A DNA stretch of 43,295 bases from Octopus bimaculoides (GCF_001194135.2 NC_068982.1:15392777-15436071), one strand, 5' to 3'; counted from the first letter of the stretch, positions 24,745-37,542 are shown. The notes: a model not told the origin generated them from the letters alone. Program-made: numbers and translations.

Positions 24745-25147
24745 GAATCGTGGCTGTGTGGCAAGATGCTTGCTTCCCAACCACATCGTTCCGGGTTCAG
24801 TCCCACTGCGTGGCACCTTGGTCAAATGTCTTTTACTATAACCTTGGACCTACCAAAGCCTTGTGAGTGGATCTGGTAGACAAAAACTGAAAGAAGCCCG
24901 TCGTGTATTTATATATATATTTATTTATGTGAGTTTGTGTTTACCGCCAACTATCGCTTGACGACCGATGTTAGTGTGTTTACGTCCCTGTAACTTTGCA
25001 GTTCGACCAAAGAGACCGACAGAATAAGTACTAAGCTTATAAACAATAAGTCCTGGTGTTAATTTCTTCGTCTAAAATCCCCTTTAATGCGGTGCTCCGT
25101 CATGCCCGCAGTCAAATGACTGAAACAAGTAAAAAAAAAATAAAAGA
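24745..25147 (+). mobile_element. SINE family A, full length
   Basis: GTGGCTGTGTGG A-box, GGGTTCAGTCCC B-box, 3' GACTGAAACAAGTAAAAAAA. Confidence 0.9.
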
Positions 25148-25249
25148 TTATATATGTAAATGCATAAGGTAATATTTAAAACAACAGAACCCATTGCACT
25201 AATTTGCCGAGGGTCTTGTAATACTGTCAAGACGGTTCTGTCCGTCTTA

Positions 25250-25395
25250 ACTGGGCCGTCGGTCAATCGGGCATTGCCCGAGGGGCCGGAGCTCTGAGGA
25301 GCCCGCACTCTCCATGTTAACTCTAGTAAATCAGTGCTAAGGGGCCCGGTAAACAGTTACGCCCGAGGACCCTAAATACTCCCAGTCCGCCCCTG
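25250..25395. mobile_element. Possible hAT(Tip100)-like MITE remnant
   Basis: GC-rich island with the internal palindrome TCGGGCATTGCCCGA, GGGCCC motifs and a right end CCAGTCCGCCCCTG. I could not resolve a left TIR or TSD. Confidence 0.3.
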
Positions 25396-25924
25396 GTTAA
25401 GATGTTCTTCGTCTCTTTTGACCACAAAACTACGTCCGCCCTCAGAGCAGTCTGGACAACCTTGACGAACTGCAATATTTTTTTTATATAACCCACAATT
25501 TGGCCCTTTGTATCAAATTGCTTGTTGTTTTGGCTGTTAATAATCGCATTTCTCGCTTCCTCACGAACTCCATTGATGGTATTCTGTCTTACTCCAGGGC
25601 TTCAGAGAGTGTCATGAACTCCTTGTCGTAGTTCTATCTGTATCCCTCTTGGGTGAATGCTCTTTGACTCATTCTCGCGTCATTCCATGACTTTATAGAC
25701 CTCGGGCCAGTGTACTATCCGAACTTTCCCCTTTATTTCCTGTATATATTTAATATACGTTCATTAAACATATAAAAACATATACACAAAATGTTATTTG
25801 TATTGCCTTTACCGCAAAGGCAGAAATCCTTCTTCTCCTGCTCATCACTATTATTATTTATAAATCCTCATCATCATCATCATCATCGACATCACTACCG
25901 TCATCGTCATCCTGATGCTCATCA

Positions 25925-26115
25925 CTAGATAAGCGTCGGACAATATGCTTTTTTGTGTTTCTTCCGGCTATTTACATTCTGAGTCCAAATACCGCCAAGA
26001 TTAGCTTCATCTTTCATCCTTTCGAGATCGATAAAATAAAGTTCCAATCAAGTTGATGCTATCCACAACTCTTCTTGCCCTCAAAATTGTTGGCACTGTA
26101 CCTAAATTAGAAGCC
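25925..26115 (+). mobile_element. SINE family D, decayed
   Basis: TTTCATCCTTTCGAGATCGATAAAATAAAGTT core followed by a (CAT)n tail. Confidence 0.65.
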
Positions 26116-26902
26116 ATCATCATCATCATCATCGTCGTCATCATCATCCTTCACCATCATCATTATCTTCCCTTTTCATCATCATCGTCATCATCACCAT
26201 CATCCCGTTTCATTAATTTCTTATAAAATATTAGTGGGAAGACGAGACAACATGTCCTATACTTCAACGCATTCACCCTGACATCATTTACCAGAGTGGA
26301 AATGGTAATTATTCGATGACTGTAGACGATAACCTAATTTCACTCGCTTTTTTTAATGTTATATNNNNNNNNNNNNNNNNNNNNNNNNNNNNNNNNNNNN
26401 NNNNNNNNNNNNNNNNNNNNNNNNNNNNNNNNNNNNNNNNNNNNNNNNNNNNNNNNNNNNNNNNNNNNNNNNNNNNNNNNNNNNNNNNNNNNNNNNNNNN
26501 NNNNNNNNNNNNNNNNNNNNNNNNNNNNNNNNNNNNNNNNNNNNNNNNNNNNNNNNNNNNNNNNNNNNNNNNNNNNNNNNNNNNNNNNNNNNNNNNNNNN
26601 NNNNNNNNNNNNNNNNNNNNNNNNNNNNNNNNNNNNNNNNNNNNNNNNNNNNNNNNNNNNNNNNNNNNNNNNNNNNNNNNNNNNNNNNNNNNNNNNNNNN
26701 NNNNNNNNNNNNNNNNNNNNNNNNNNNNNNNNNNNNNNNNNNNNNNNNNNNNNNNNNNNNNNNNNNNNNNNNNNNNNNNNNNNNNNNNNNNNNNNNNNNN
26801 NNNNNNNNNNNNNNNNNNNNNNNNNNNNNNNNNNNNNNNNNNNNNNNNNNNNNNNNNNNNNNNNNNNNNNNNNNNNNNNNNNNNNNNNNNNNNNNNNNNN
26901 NN

Positions 26903-26934
<32 letters not shown>

Positions 26935-27418
26935 GTTCAAGCGTGTTCGGTGGGTGAAAGTTAAAATGCGCTCGTTCACTTGGCTCACACACTCGCTCGT
27001 TCGCTTGTCTTTCACACTCATAGCTTGTTTACCTCTCAGCGTTAAACTTAGCCGTCCAAAGATCTCAAAAGTAAGCTCAGCAGTCGCGCGGATTTCCTCT
27101 TAATATTTCTTCCTCTCTTGTGCTCATTCAATGTTTCCTTCTGCCTATTGTTCTTAACAAGCACTCTTCTCTGTCTGTCTGTCACTGTCAATCTCTGTCT
27201 ATCTGTCTCTCGCTTTCTCTTCCCAGCTTATTGCTTCCAACCACCCTTCTCAATCAATCAATCAATCAACCAATCAATCAATTTTCCCTCTCTCTTTCTC
27301 TTTGTCACTCTCTGTCTGTCTCTCCCTGTGTGCCTCTGTCTCCCAGTCTATTGCTCGCAACCGATCCTCTCTCCCTCGACTGTCAATCAACTCTGCTTCG
27401 TTTATCGGTGTATTTGCT

Positions 27419-27457
<39 letters not shown>

Positions 27458-28439
27458 TCTCTCTCTCTATGTCTTTCATCCCTTCTTTCTCCTTTCTGCA
27501 TGTCTTCCTCACTGTCAGCCGCTTCTGTTTCGTCTTCTCTTCCTGGTGCTGCAAACTGCTGCGGGAAATTAGCAAAAATAACAACGCGCATCATCATCAT
27601 CATCATCACCATCGTCGTCAGCAGCAGCAGCAACTTTAACAGTAATTCTNNNNNNNNNNNNNNNNNNNNNNNNNNNNNNNNNNNNNNNNNNNNNNNNNNN
27701 NNNNNNNNNNNNNNNNNNNNNNNNNNNNNNNNNNNNNNNNNNNNNNNNNNNNNNNNNNNNNNNNNNNNNNNNNNNNNNNNNNNNNNNNNNNNNNNNNNNN
27801 NNNNNNNNNNNNNNNNNNNNNNNNNNNNNNNNNNNNNNNNNNNNNNNNNNNNNNNNNNNNNNNNNNNNNNNNNNNNNNNNNNNNNNNNNNNNNNNNNNNN
27901 NNNNNNNNNNNNNNNNNNNNNNNNNNNNNNNNNNNNNNNNNNNNNNNNNNNNNNNNNNNNNNNNNNNNNNNNNNNNNNNNNNNNNNNNNNNNNNNNNNNN
28001 NNNNNNNNNNNNNNNNNNNNNNNNNNNNNNNNNNNNNNNNNNNNNNNNNNNNNNNNNNNNNNNNNNNNNNNNNNNNNNNNNNNNNNNNNNNNNNNNNNNN
28101 NNNNNNNNNNNNNNNNNNNNNNNNNNNNNNNNNNNNNNNNNNNNNNNNNNNNNNNNNNNNNNNNNNNNNNNNNNNNNNNNNNNNNNNNNNNNNNNNNNNN
28201 NNNNNNNNNNNNNNNNNNNNNNNNNNNNNNNNNNNNNNNNNNNNNNNNNNNNNNNNNNNNNNNNNNNNNNNNNNNNNNNNNNNNNNNNNNNNNNNNNNNN
28301 NNNNNNNNNNNNNNNNNNNNNNNNNNNNNNNNNNNNNNNNNNNNNNNNNNNNNNNNNNNNNNNNNNNNNNNNNNNNNNNNNNNNNNNNNNNNNNNNNNNN
28401 NNNNNNNNNNNNNNNNNNNNNNNNNNNNNNNNNNNNNNN

Positions 28440-28772
28440 GGGCAAGTGTCTTCTGCTATAGCCTCGGGCCGACCAAAGCCTTGTGAGTGGATTTGGTAGA
28501 CGGAAACTGAAAGAAGCCTGTCGTATATAAGTATATATATATATATATGTGTGTATGTGTGTGTGTATATGTTTGTGTGTCTGTGTTTGTCCACCCCATC
28601 ATCGCTTGACAACCGATGTTGGTGCGTTTACGTCCCCGTAACCTAGCGGTTCGGCAAAAGTTACCAATAGAATAAGTATTAGGCTTACAAAGAATAAGTC
28701 CTGGGGTCGATTTGCTCGACTCAAAGGCGGTGCTCCAGCATGGCCGCTGTAAAATGACTGAAAGAAATAAGA
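28440..28772 (+). mobile_element. SINE family A (5' end in the gap)
   Basis: GGCAAGTGTCTTCTGCTATAGCCTCGGGCCGACCAAAGCCTTGTGAGTGG ... AATGACTGAAAGAAATAAGA. Confidence 0.9.
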
Positions 28773-29114
28773 GTGAAACCGCAGCCTTTGTTACCGTGTG
28801 AAGGTAATTCTGTACGAGAATTGTGCAAAAGCGTTCAAGTGCTTCTCCTGAAGACTTCTGAAGCCACTTGGAACAAGTAGGTCCTTTAGTCGAGTGAAGT
28901 CGAATACTCATAGCTGGAACCGATGAGTAAAAGGACAGTAAGGTGAGCATATATGTGGTCGAATGTCTGCTAGAAATAGCAGCTGAATCTCGCTCAAATT
29001 ACACCCTTCTGTTTTAGAAAAGGATGACGCCTCGTATTATGTATGGGCTCCCGTTGAAATGATCGAATGTTATCGAATTGCTTTTGGTTTTTTGTGTGTC
29101 AGGGCTGACCTGAT

Positions 29115-29567
29115 TATCTTTTATCTTTTAACCTTTTGCTTGTTACAGTCATTAGACTGTGGCCATGCTGGGGCACCGCCTTGAACAATTGTAGTCTAAC
29201 GAATGGAACCCTGTACCAATTTTTATGGGCCAAGTACTTTTTCTACCGTTCTCCTTTTAGCTGAACCGCTAGGTTACGTAAACGTAAACAAACCTACATC
29301 GGTTGTCGAGCGGTGACAGGGGACAAACACAAGGATAAAGGTACGCAGATGTATGTATGTACGTATGCATGGATACATGCATGCACGTACGTGCGTATAT
29401 AGATAGATTTGACAGGTTTCTTTCAGTTTCCGTTCACTAAATTCACAAACTTTGTTTGACGCGGGGCTATTGTAGAAGACATTTGATTAAGAAGCCACGC
29501 AGAGGGACTGAACCCGGGACTATGTGGTTGCAAAGGAAACTTCTTAGCAAACAGCCACGTCTGCGCC
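29115..29567 (-). mobile_element. SINE family A, older copy
   Basis: GGCCATGCTGGGGCACCGCC ... TTTCTTTCAGTTTCCG ... GGGACTGAACCCGG ... ACAGCCACGTCTGCGCC. Confidence 0.85.
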
Positions 29568-29671
29568 GGACCAGAAAGAGAACGACTCACATGTGACCCA
29601 ATTTTGTGTGTGGTGTAAATGTGTATGGTTATACTACGTACATACATACATACGAACACATACATACATAC

Positions 29672-29752
29672 TGAAATTCCAATGAAGGAACCTTGTATCT
29701 AGGTTAGAAACCGGTTCTTTCTCTATTGGCAAGAAATCTTGAAATAAACTGA
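29672..29752 (+). repeat. Short dispersed repeat inserted in (CATA)n
   Basis: Homologous to the rc of 2521-2617. (CATA)n on both flanks. Confidence 0.7.
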
Positions 29753-30264
29753 CATACATACAAGCATACCAGAAAGAGAAATCAGCCAAATGATTTGCAT
29801 ATTACAAATATAATCTGTAAGTGGAACAGTAAATATATGAATTACTTTTCTTAAGTTTAAACTATGACATTGCTTTCGTTATCTACATTCCAATGATGGA
29901 GCTTTGTATCTTTGGTAGAAATACCAACTCTTTCCTCAGAGAAAGAATTTAAATTACGAAAACGACAGAATATAAATACCACCCTATCTCCTAGGTCAGC
30001 TGCAAATTACGGCTATCGGGTACATTGACCTTTTGCGCTCCCTTGCTTTGTCGTATTAAAGATGCACTGGCTCCCTGACTCTAAAGTGGCCTTTAAACCT
30101 TACCCATGACCTGCCGGTTCTATAGCAGATTTCGTAGGTACAAGGCGCTACCATATGCCGAGCCATCTTAATAGTATTGTAGCTCCGCCCCTACCCCAAA
30201 CAAAGCTAGATATGAGCGGTTGCTAATCGTGGTATTTACCAGGGAACCCAGCATTGTTATAAAG

Positions 30265-30760
30265 CAGTGGTTCTCAACCATTGTTTGCCTATGGATCCCT
30301 GTGAGTCCTCTATAACTCAGACGGTCCCTCATAGCCATTCCATGCTTAAAAGATCCTATTACATTTTTGTAATTAAATATTGTTTGGAATTGTATAAAAA
30401 ATTATTAGAAATATATTAAATTCAAATTACGATAAACGTAAACAAACAAACGAAGTTTGCTTTAGAAGCGTTGAGATGTCTTAGAAAGTTAAAGAAGTGA
30501 TTTTAAATTCTCAAACGCAGGATAATGCTAATAATATAGCCTGAACAGGATAAGCTACCCCTATTTTGCAGAAAAAAGTGTTGGCGGCCAACACTTTTTT
30601 CTGCAAAATAGGGGTATCTTATCCTGTTCAGGCTATATTATTAGCATTATCCTACGTTAGAAATATTTTGTATATCTCAGAAGTATAACTAATTTATTGC
30701 ACATAAGTTTTAACAACAAACTCTTATATGGATCATACAGACCCCGGTTGAGGACCACTG
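30265..30760. mobile_element. hAT (Charlie-like) MITE interrupted by the fold-back element
   Basis: TIRs CAGTGGTTCTCAACC / GGTTGAGGACCACTG (14/15 match). The 8-bp flanks TTATAAAG / GTTTAAAG match at 6/8. Confidence 0.8.
30415..30656 (-). mobile_element. Second copy of the 22-kb fold-back element, lacking the central tRNA pair
   Basis: Body is the rc of 22240-22413. A ~70-bp-arm palindrome is centred on TTGGCGGCCAA (30581-30591). Flanking direct repeat TTAGAAATAT at 30405-30414 and 30657-30666. Confidence 0.85.
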
Positions 30761-31394
30761 GTTTAAAGTAAGAATAGTATATGTTACTAAATTATAGAAA
30801 AACTCATTCGTATATTATTGGGAGTTAAAGTGGATCATTGTGGTTTTCGTCAATGTTTACAATTATCTTAAAAAATACCTTTTAATGTTATCATAGAGAT
30901 GTAATTTTTGACGCTGAATCCGAATTTGTTATTCATTTATTCTAGAAAAAATTTGCAAAAATGTTACAGGTGTTCAAAGTTTAATAATTTTCAGAATTTT
31001 CTGTCAATCGCTGCCTCTTCCATCATCAGCGGGGTGATGGGGACATCGGCATGTCAAAACATTAAACTAGGATTTTATAAAATAAATTATCTTTCTCGTA
31101 TCTACTCCTCCTCCTTGTGCACCCGCGCAGCATCTTTGGTTACTATGGAAGCAGTTCTTCGCAATCAGCTATGCAACAGGTGGTGCTTCTTTGCTTTGAC
31201 TACTGTGGAAATAGGAATTTTCGCCACGGTGATTGGCTAACATACCCAAATTTTGCAAATTTTAAAAGCTAATAACGTTTTTATTATGGATTTATAGGAA
31301 AAATGAATTTCATTTTCATAATTAGTATACAAATCCATACACCAAGTTTGAAGACAACTGGAACAAAATTGTAAACAATTATGAAAACCACAAA

Positions 31395-31600
31395 GATACG
31401 TTAAAGTAGTTTCAAATATGTAGATGAAAACAGACTTCTACATTCAGTGAGTTATATTTTTATGAATGATACCAGGAGACTCGACTTGGCTAAAAATACC
31501 AGTGAATACTCATTTGGGATGCTACTCCCCCCACCACATAAAATCATAGACATCCTGGGCTGCATCCAAAAGAATGTCACCTAACTGATTGGCAATAATT
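31395..31600 (+). mobile_element. Ancient CR1-like LINE C-terminal remnant
   Basis: SSFKYVDENRLL ... EYSFGMLLPPPHKIIDILGCIQKNVT*LIG resembles the CR1 F.Y.D...L..LY...RP.LEY...W.P....DI..LE.VQRRATKLI. A similar faint LYIRTMVRPYLRY lies at ~32737-32775. Confidence 0.35.
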
Positions 31601-32018
31601 CAATCACCAACACACTACAACGTGTTGCAGATCTTATCTTTTTCGTTCGCAATGTTTGATTTTGTCCGAATTTTCTGTTTCTACATTTTTGTAGTTTTGA
31701 GCTATTTACGAAAAAATCATTAATTTAATTTAATTGTTTTTTAATACACCTTAATAGTAAAACGTTGCAAATCTTTAAGGTTCGAAAAATTTGTTAATCT
31801 TAGCCAATCGGATGCCTCCGTTATTCGACATGTCGGAAGTCACACTTGTCTATTTCCATAGCATCAACATTTGTCTCTTGTTTCACAACCAGTCATTTCA
31901 ACCACGTATTTTTCAATAACAAATCATTATATCATAAGCATGTAAAACAGCGAACCTCGGAACATATTACATCAAAATAGAAAGTCTTGAATCAAATTGA
32001 ACATTGCAAACGAAAAGG

Positions 32019-32589
32019 GGATCTTTTTTAAAACGGGGGCCACATTTTTCATTAACGAAACACTTTGAAACTTGGAACACTAGTAGAATGTGTCATATAA
32101 AACATCTTTTTCTCTTAGTCTTCTTAAAAAAAAAAAAAGAAATCCATAAGTTATTCCATGTTAAAGTTGTCGTATTTTTGTAATTTCAACCAAACACTGA
32201 CGTCCATTCAGCCGATATACATTAAGTGCCGACTACATAAACAAACGATTGTGAAACAATTAACCCTAACCCTAACCCTAGGGTTAGGGTTAGGGTTAAA
32301 GCAAATTTAAAATGAAAAAAGCAAATAAAACGAAGGTATGGAGATTAAATACGCTTTACATCGCTTAATCAGCCAAAGGAGTAAATGTAAACAACTGAAT
32401 ACTTGGCAGTGATTGGTTGAAATTATCGAAATAAGACAATTTTTTACATGAAATAAATTCGAATACAAAAATATTTTTCTGTTCTATAACACAAAATAGA
32501 TAAGTATACGAAGTTTGAAAGTCTTTCCGTACCAAAAACACTACGTAAAACATTCATGAAAAATGTGGTCCCCGTTTTAAAATAGATCC
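32019..32589. mobile_element. 571-bp non-autonomous DNA transposon, Merlin-like (GG termini, 8-bp TSD), with a central telomeric palindrome
   Basis: 34-bp TIRs (32019-32052, 32556-32589; 2 mismatches). TSD CGAAAAGG at 32011-32018 and 32590-32597. Perfect 40-bp palindrome TTAACCCTAACCCTAACCCT|AGGGTTAGGGTTAGGGTTAA at 32260-32299. Confidence 0.9.
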
Positions 32590-33620
32590 CGAAAAGGATA
32601 AAATCCCTTCGCGCAAGCATTTTACTGCAGCCTGTCTCCTCACTTAGATTATTTGATCACTTCTGTAACAGCCTTTGCTCTGTCGAACTAGCTAGTTTCT
32701 TATCACTTTCATTCTGCCTACCTCCACAATATACCACTTTATATCCGTACAATGGTTCGTCCCTACTTACGCTATACTCCATATGATCATAACGTCAAAT
32801 TCTCCCCCACAACGCGTCTTCTATGGAATATTCTAACTAAACACCAAATGTATCAATATCTCTCCAGGCTCAAAGATCCTGTGAAGATCACTGAAACTGA
32901 CAAAACCCAGACAACTTACAAAAAATTTAATGTCCAACTTCAATTTAACAATCAAAAATAGCTTAGAAAAATATTTTAGATCACGTTCTCGGTTTCTTTC
33001 ATATTAAAAGAATATTATTGTTTATTATGAAAATTACTGTCGTCAATCAGAACACGGATTTTTTGGATCCATTTATATCATGTTCCTGACAAATAAAATT
33101 GGTTAAATCTTCTCTGCGAGTTTCCATTAACTTGCAGTGAGAATCCCGTGGGTTGAAAACATGCAAAAGAGAGAAATCAAAATACGTCGTCGTCGTCGTT
33201 GTTGTTGTTGCTATTGTTGTTATTATTATGATTATTATTATTATTATTTTGGTATGCCAGAATCAGAATTTGCATGCAAAGGCTGCGATGAGAGGTGTCA
33301 ACCGCCTCAACAGACCCGTACAGAATAAAAGCAACAGGAAACGCTTCCAGTGTGTCATTCATTCTTCATCACATTAAATCATCGTTGATTTCATGATACA
33401 CGTTTTATATACACGCACTTTCTCTCTTTCTCTCTCTCTCACGCACACATACACACACACAGATCCCGCACGTATTTACACTCAAACATATACTGACGCA
33501 TGTCTTTCTTCAGTCACGCATACACTTACATATGCACTAAAAATATTTTTCTTTAGAAGAGAAAAGTGGAGATTGATAGATATGTAGACAGATATATCGT
33601 GTGAGAGAAAAGAGATAGAT

Positions 33621-33655
<35 letters not shown>

Positions 33656-33826
33656 CAAGATCAAGATGTAGTTGGAGGGTGGGGTGGAGGGAAGAAAACA
33701 GAAAAGGATTATAAAATAAGTATAAAGATCTGACATATTTTGACTTTTCAAAAATATGGCGGGTTTCATGACACGAAGAGATTTGTATATAGATATATAT
33801 GTATGAACGCACATAGTACTTACATA

Positions 33827-33901
<75 letters not shown>

Positions 33902-34400
33902 ATATATATATATGCATATACACATACATATGTCTATGTATATATATGTGTGTGTGTGTAGAAAGAGAAGAGATATGTGAAAATGTGTGTGTGAGATAGA
34001 GAGAGCGAAAGTGACAGATTTTTTTATTATTTTATTCATTTATTATATATATATTTTTTACTTTATAATTGTTTATAGTTAGTTATTCATTGAGTAGTTT
34101 CATCGAGTAACTTCGTTTGGACGAGCCTAAGGTGTAGATTCAGCAGCACTCCGCATGAATTTCATTAACACACACACAAACCTTTATCAGGAAATAAATT
34201 GAAGAAAATTGATCACTACGATTTACGCATCCTTTGTTTTAGCCGCGATTGGCTCCAGCAATATTCTAACCAGCCATGCATGCTGGCAAGTGTCTTAGAC
34301 NNNNNNNNNNNNNNNNNNNNNNNNNNNNNNNNNNNNNNNNNNNNNNNNNNNNNNNNNNNNNNNNNNNNNNNNNNNNNNNNNNNNNNNNNNNNNNNNNNNN

Positions 34401-34434
<34 letters not shown>

Positions 34435-35232
34435 CATACGTACACACATAGGCACATATATGGTGAGATTAAAACGAACAAATACTACTGAACTGATTGA
34501 AAGCTGTTTAATGTCTGGAACTGATATCCATCATGCGCTTGTAACAACAATAATAACAAAACGTCAAGCGCTTTGAATCAGATACGAGTGGCAACATTCT
34601 TGTTTGCATTCATATTTCAATAAAAAGGTATATATACTCTTTAAATAAACAGATTACTTGTAGATTACAAGCGTTTTCAATCTAAATTGTAAATAATTAA
34701 GTAAATATTTAGAAATATTAATCAGAAGTGCCATCCAGTGAGTATTTATAACTAAATTACCGTTTTTCTTTTCTTATAGTACAATCGTTGGTTGAGGTTT
34801 AATTATGGAACTGAGGCTCCTGTAAAGATCTGAACCATCGATCTCAGATTTTCTCAGCTTAGGACCACGATCTTCCATACCGCCTTAAAAAGTATTAACG
34901 CCTACGCGAATATGACTCGACCAATCAGCATTGATTTGTCATGCTTCAAGAAGAAGTGTGCGAGTTTTTCCCGTTAAATAGCTCAAACGAAGGTTCTGGA
35001 ATCTTTTGCATACGATAATAAAAAGTTGGTAAATTCAACCTCAGACTCGAGCCACTCAGCAATTCATAAGGAACTATGTCGCTTTGCTCAATCAGATGGT
35101 CTTTCACCTTTATTTTTCGTTCTTAACGTGCTTGTGTTGTATTCAACAAAATGTATTGACATTGAATTTTAATGTCGAATCACGTACACATAACTTGCTG
35201 TAGTTTTAACTCTTTCTATTTATCTTCACTGT

Positions 35233-35618
35233 GGAGGCGCAATGGCCCAGTGGTTAGGGCAGTGGACTCGCGGTCATAGGATCACGGCTTCGATTCCCAA
35301 ACCGGGCGTTGTGAGTGGTTATTGAGCGAAAACACTTAAAGCTCCACGAGGCTCCGGCAGGCGATTGTAGCGAACCCTGCTGTACTCTTTCCCCACAACT
35401 TTCTATCACTCTTACTTCCTGTTTCTGTTGTGCCTGTAATTCAAAGGGCCAGCCTTGGTCGCATACTGTGTCACGCTGAATATCCCCGAGAACTACGTTA
35501 AGGGTACACGTGACTGTGGAGTGCTCAGCCACTTGCACGTTAATTTCACGACCAGGCTGTTCCGTTGATCGGATCAACTGGAACCCTCGTCGTCGTAAGC
35601 GACGGAGTGCCAACAACA
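35233..35618 (+). mobile_element. SINE family B, full length, with a probable ~13-bp TSD
   Basis: A and B boxes as at 3861; 3' end ...GACGGAGTGCCAACAAC. Flanks ATTTATCTTCACT / ATTTATCTTCTCT. Confidence 0.9.
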
Positions 35619-35825
35619 TTTATCTTCTCTAGCTATGAACTACTTTGATAATATCATCTAGCATATTATATTGTGTTCGTTATTTGATGAACTTTGTTCC
35701 ATTGTCATACATATATGCACAGATGTAAATATAAACGGAAAAGGTTAATAAAAATATATGAAGGGTCATGAATGCGGTCATTAATATCTTCACACACAGC
35801 CTACCTAATATTGTGGACTACAATA

Positions 35826-36033
35826 GACGGCAGGCTGACAGAAACGTTAGCACACCGAGCGAAATGCTGAACCGTATTTCGTCTGTCTTTATGTTCTGAG
35901 TTCAAATTCCGCCGAGGTCGACTCCTTTCGGGGTCGATAAATTAAATACCAGTTGCCTACTGAGGTCGATCTAACTGACTGGCCCTCCTCCCCCTAAATT
36001 TCGAGCCTTGTTCCCAGACTAGAAAAGAATATT
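35826..36033 (+). mobile_element. SINE family D
   Basis: GTTCTGAGTTCAAATTCCGCCGAGGTCGAC...CCTTTCGGGGTCGATAAATTAAATACCAGTT. Confidence 0.85.
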
Positions 36034-36484
36034 GTGAACTAGAAGCGAAAATTTTATGATTAAAAGTCACACTAAACCGGAAACAGTAACTAACACAATT
36101 TAATCATTGCTTTATCAGTATTAAACGTAATCATTCTTAAAAGGAAACTCTAGATTTCTTATTCATTTTTCATTTCATTTTATCGAGTTTCAGCTCATGA
36201 GCTGTGGCCATGCTGGGGCACCGCCATTATTGCAGAAAATACCCTCGTATTTTTTCTCAGTTTCTATCAAATTATTTTAGATTAATTAAGATGATTTTGG
36301 AAACCATTCTTCGTTGTAACTCTCCCCTTGTTTTTCTGGGGGTTTTTTTGGTAATATTACTAGGTCTGTGTTGGGTTTTATTTCTTATTTAACCAGTATG
36401 TAGTAGCAAACATTGACTCAAAATTGGTTCATACTCGTATATTCATCTTGATGTATAAACGAATTGTGATTTTAGAATTTCGTC

Positions 36485-37175
36485 GAGGAGATCAACCATG
36501 TGTCCCACGGTAGCAGATCCAGCCTTTCGTTGGTTTCCTGCAGAACTTCCATCTCGTCTGTCTCTGTTGCGACTGAGAGTATCGAAGTTGTTGACCGCTT
36601 CACTTATCTCGACAGTGAGATTCACAGTGACACTAGCTGAGAGTCCGAAGCCTTAAAAAGACTTGGGACGTGCTGGTATAGTTGTGGAATTTGGCGCTAC
36701 CGGTGTCTGAGCAGGAGGACAAAGGTTCGAGTCTTCAGGTTTCAGGTCTTCCCTTTCCTGTTCTATAGTTGCGAGACTTGAACACTCCCTGGGGCCCTTA
36801 GTAGTCGCCTGAACTCCTTTTCTACCAGGATGCTTCGCAGGATGATGGGGATCAGCGTTGCCAGATTTCGTTTCCAATCAACGACTATTCCCGGAATCTG
36901 CGATGCGTCCTGTTACTTGTATGATTCGGGATCGTCATATTGCTCGATTTTCCGAGTTAGATCCTGAATATAGTGCTCTCTTTTCTGGGGATCCAGCTGG
37001 GGTATCGGTTCGTATTGGTCAACGACATCCCACATGATCACGGAAGTATCTGACAGAGATGAAGACTGATTGGGACTCTGCAGGGGGATTTTCCTGAGAC
37101 GACCTGAGCGAACAGCGACAAATGATGGATGCAGCGACGGGCTTCAATGGCGCATGCTGCCAAACCTGTCCTGAT
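36485..37175 (+). mobile_element. 5'-truncated RTE-clade (Expander/Rex3-like) LINE, post-RT C-terminal region
   Basis: ESIEVVDRFTYLDSEIHS ... IWRYRCLSRRTKVRVFRFQVFPFLFYSCET*TL ... RMLRRMMG / DFVSNQRLFPESAMRPVTCMIRDR ... MDAATGFNGACCQT. Stops and frameshifts present. Confidence 0.9.
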
Positions 37176-37360
37176 CAACTATGTGAGTTTGACAAACTGC
37201 ATGAAAATCTCAGACATTCACAGCCAATAGACTGTGGTTTGCTCACAAAATTTTTGCTCAAAGTCTGAAAAAATGGAAAATATTTCCCATCTGCAAAGTT
37301 TAGTAGAACTTGTATGCAGGACTTTTCAGTACTCTGGTACTTTTGTATCATTATTTCTTA

Positions 37361-37542
37361 TTAAATTGCCAGTGCTGATAAATCTGGGTCAAGTCCGATT
37401 CTCTTACGGACATTACAAATGTCCACTTCGATGCTGTCAGCTTGCAGAAAGCAGTCACGAGATCTCTGATCAGATATAGCAAGTTCAGTCTGACTGTTCA
37501 TCAAGTTTTCAACGACACTAATTACTTCATTACAAACTAGCA
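37361..37542 (-). other. Candidate terminal coding exon of an unidentified gene (unverified)
   Basis: TTTTTAG acceptor-like site, then xLVCNEVISVVENLMNSQTELAISDQRSRDCFLQADSIEVDICNVRKRIGLDPDLSALAI* with protein-like composition. No homology recognised. Confidence 0.2.

Noticed and set aside
28790-28945. Splice-like signals on both strands around a 39-codon frame
   Set aside because: No recognisable product and no partner exons. The strand is ambiguous.
30908-31240. 110-aa plus-strand ORF
   Set aside because: No domain signature and no Merlin/DDE transposase motifs, so it cannot be linked to the adjacent MITE.
34738-34780. Mini-intron-like GTGAGT...TTCTTATAG
   Set aside because: The flanking frames terminate quickly and nothing supports an exon pair.
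36443-36877. Minus-strand ORFs of 60 and 74 aa
   Set aside because: They are antisense shadows of the plus-strand RTE LINE fragment.
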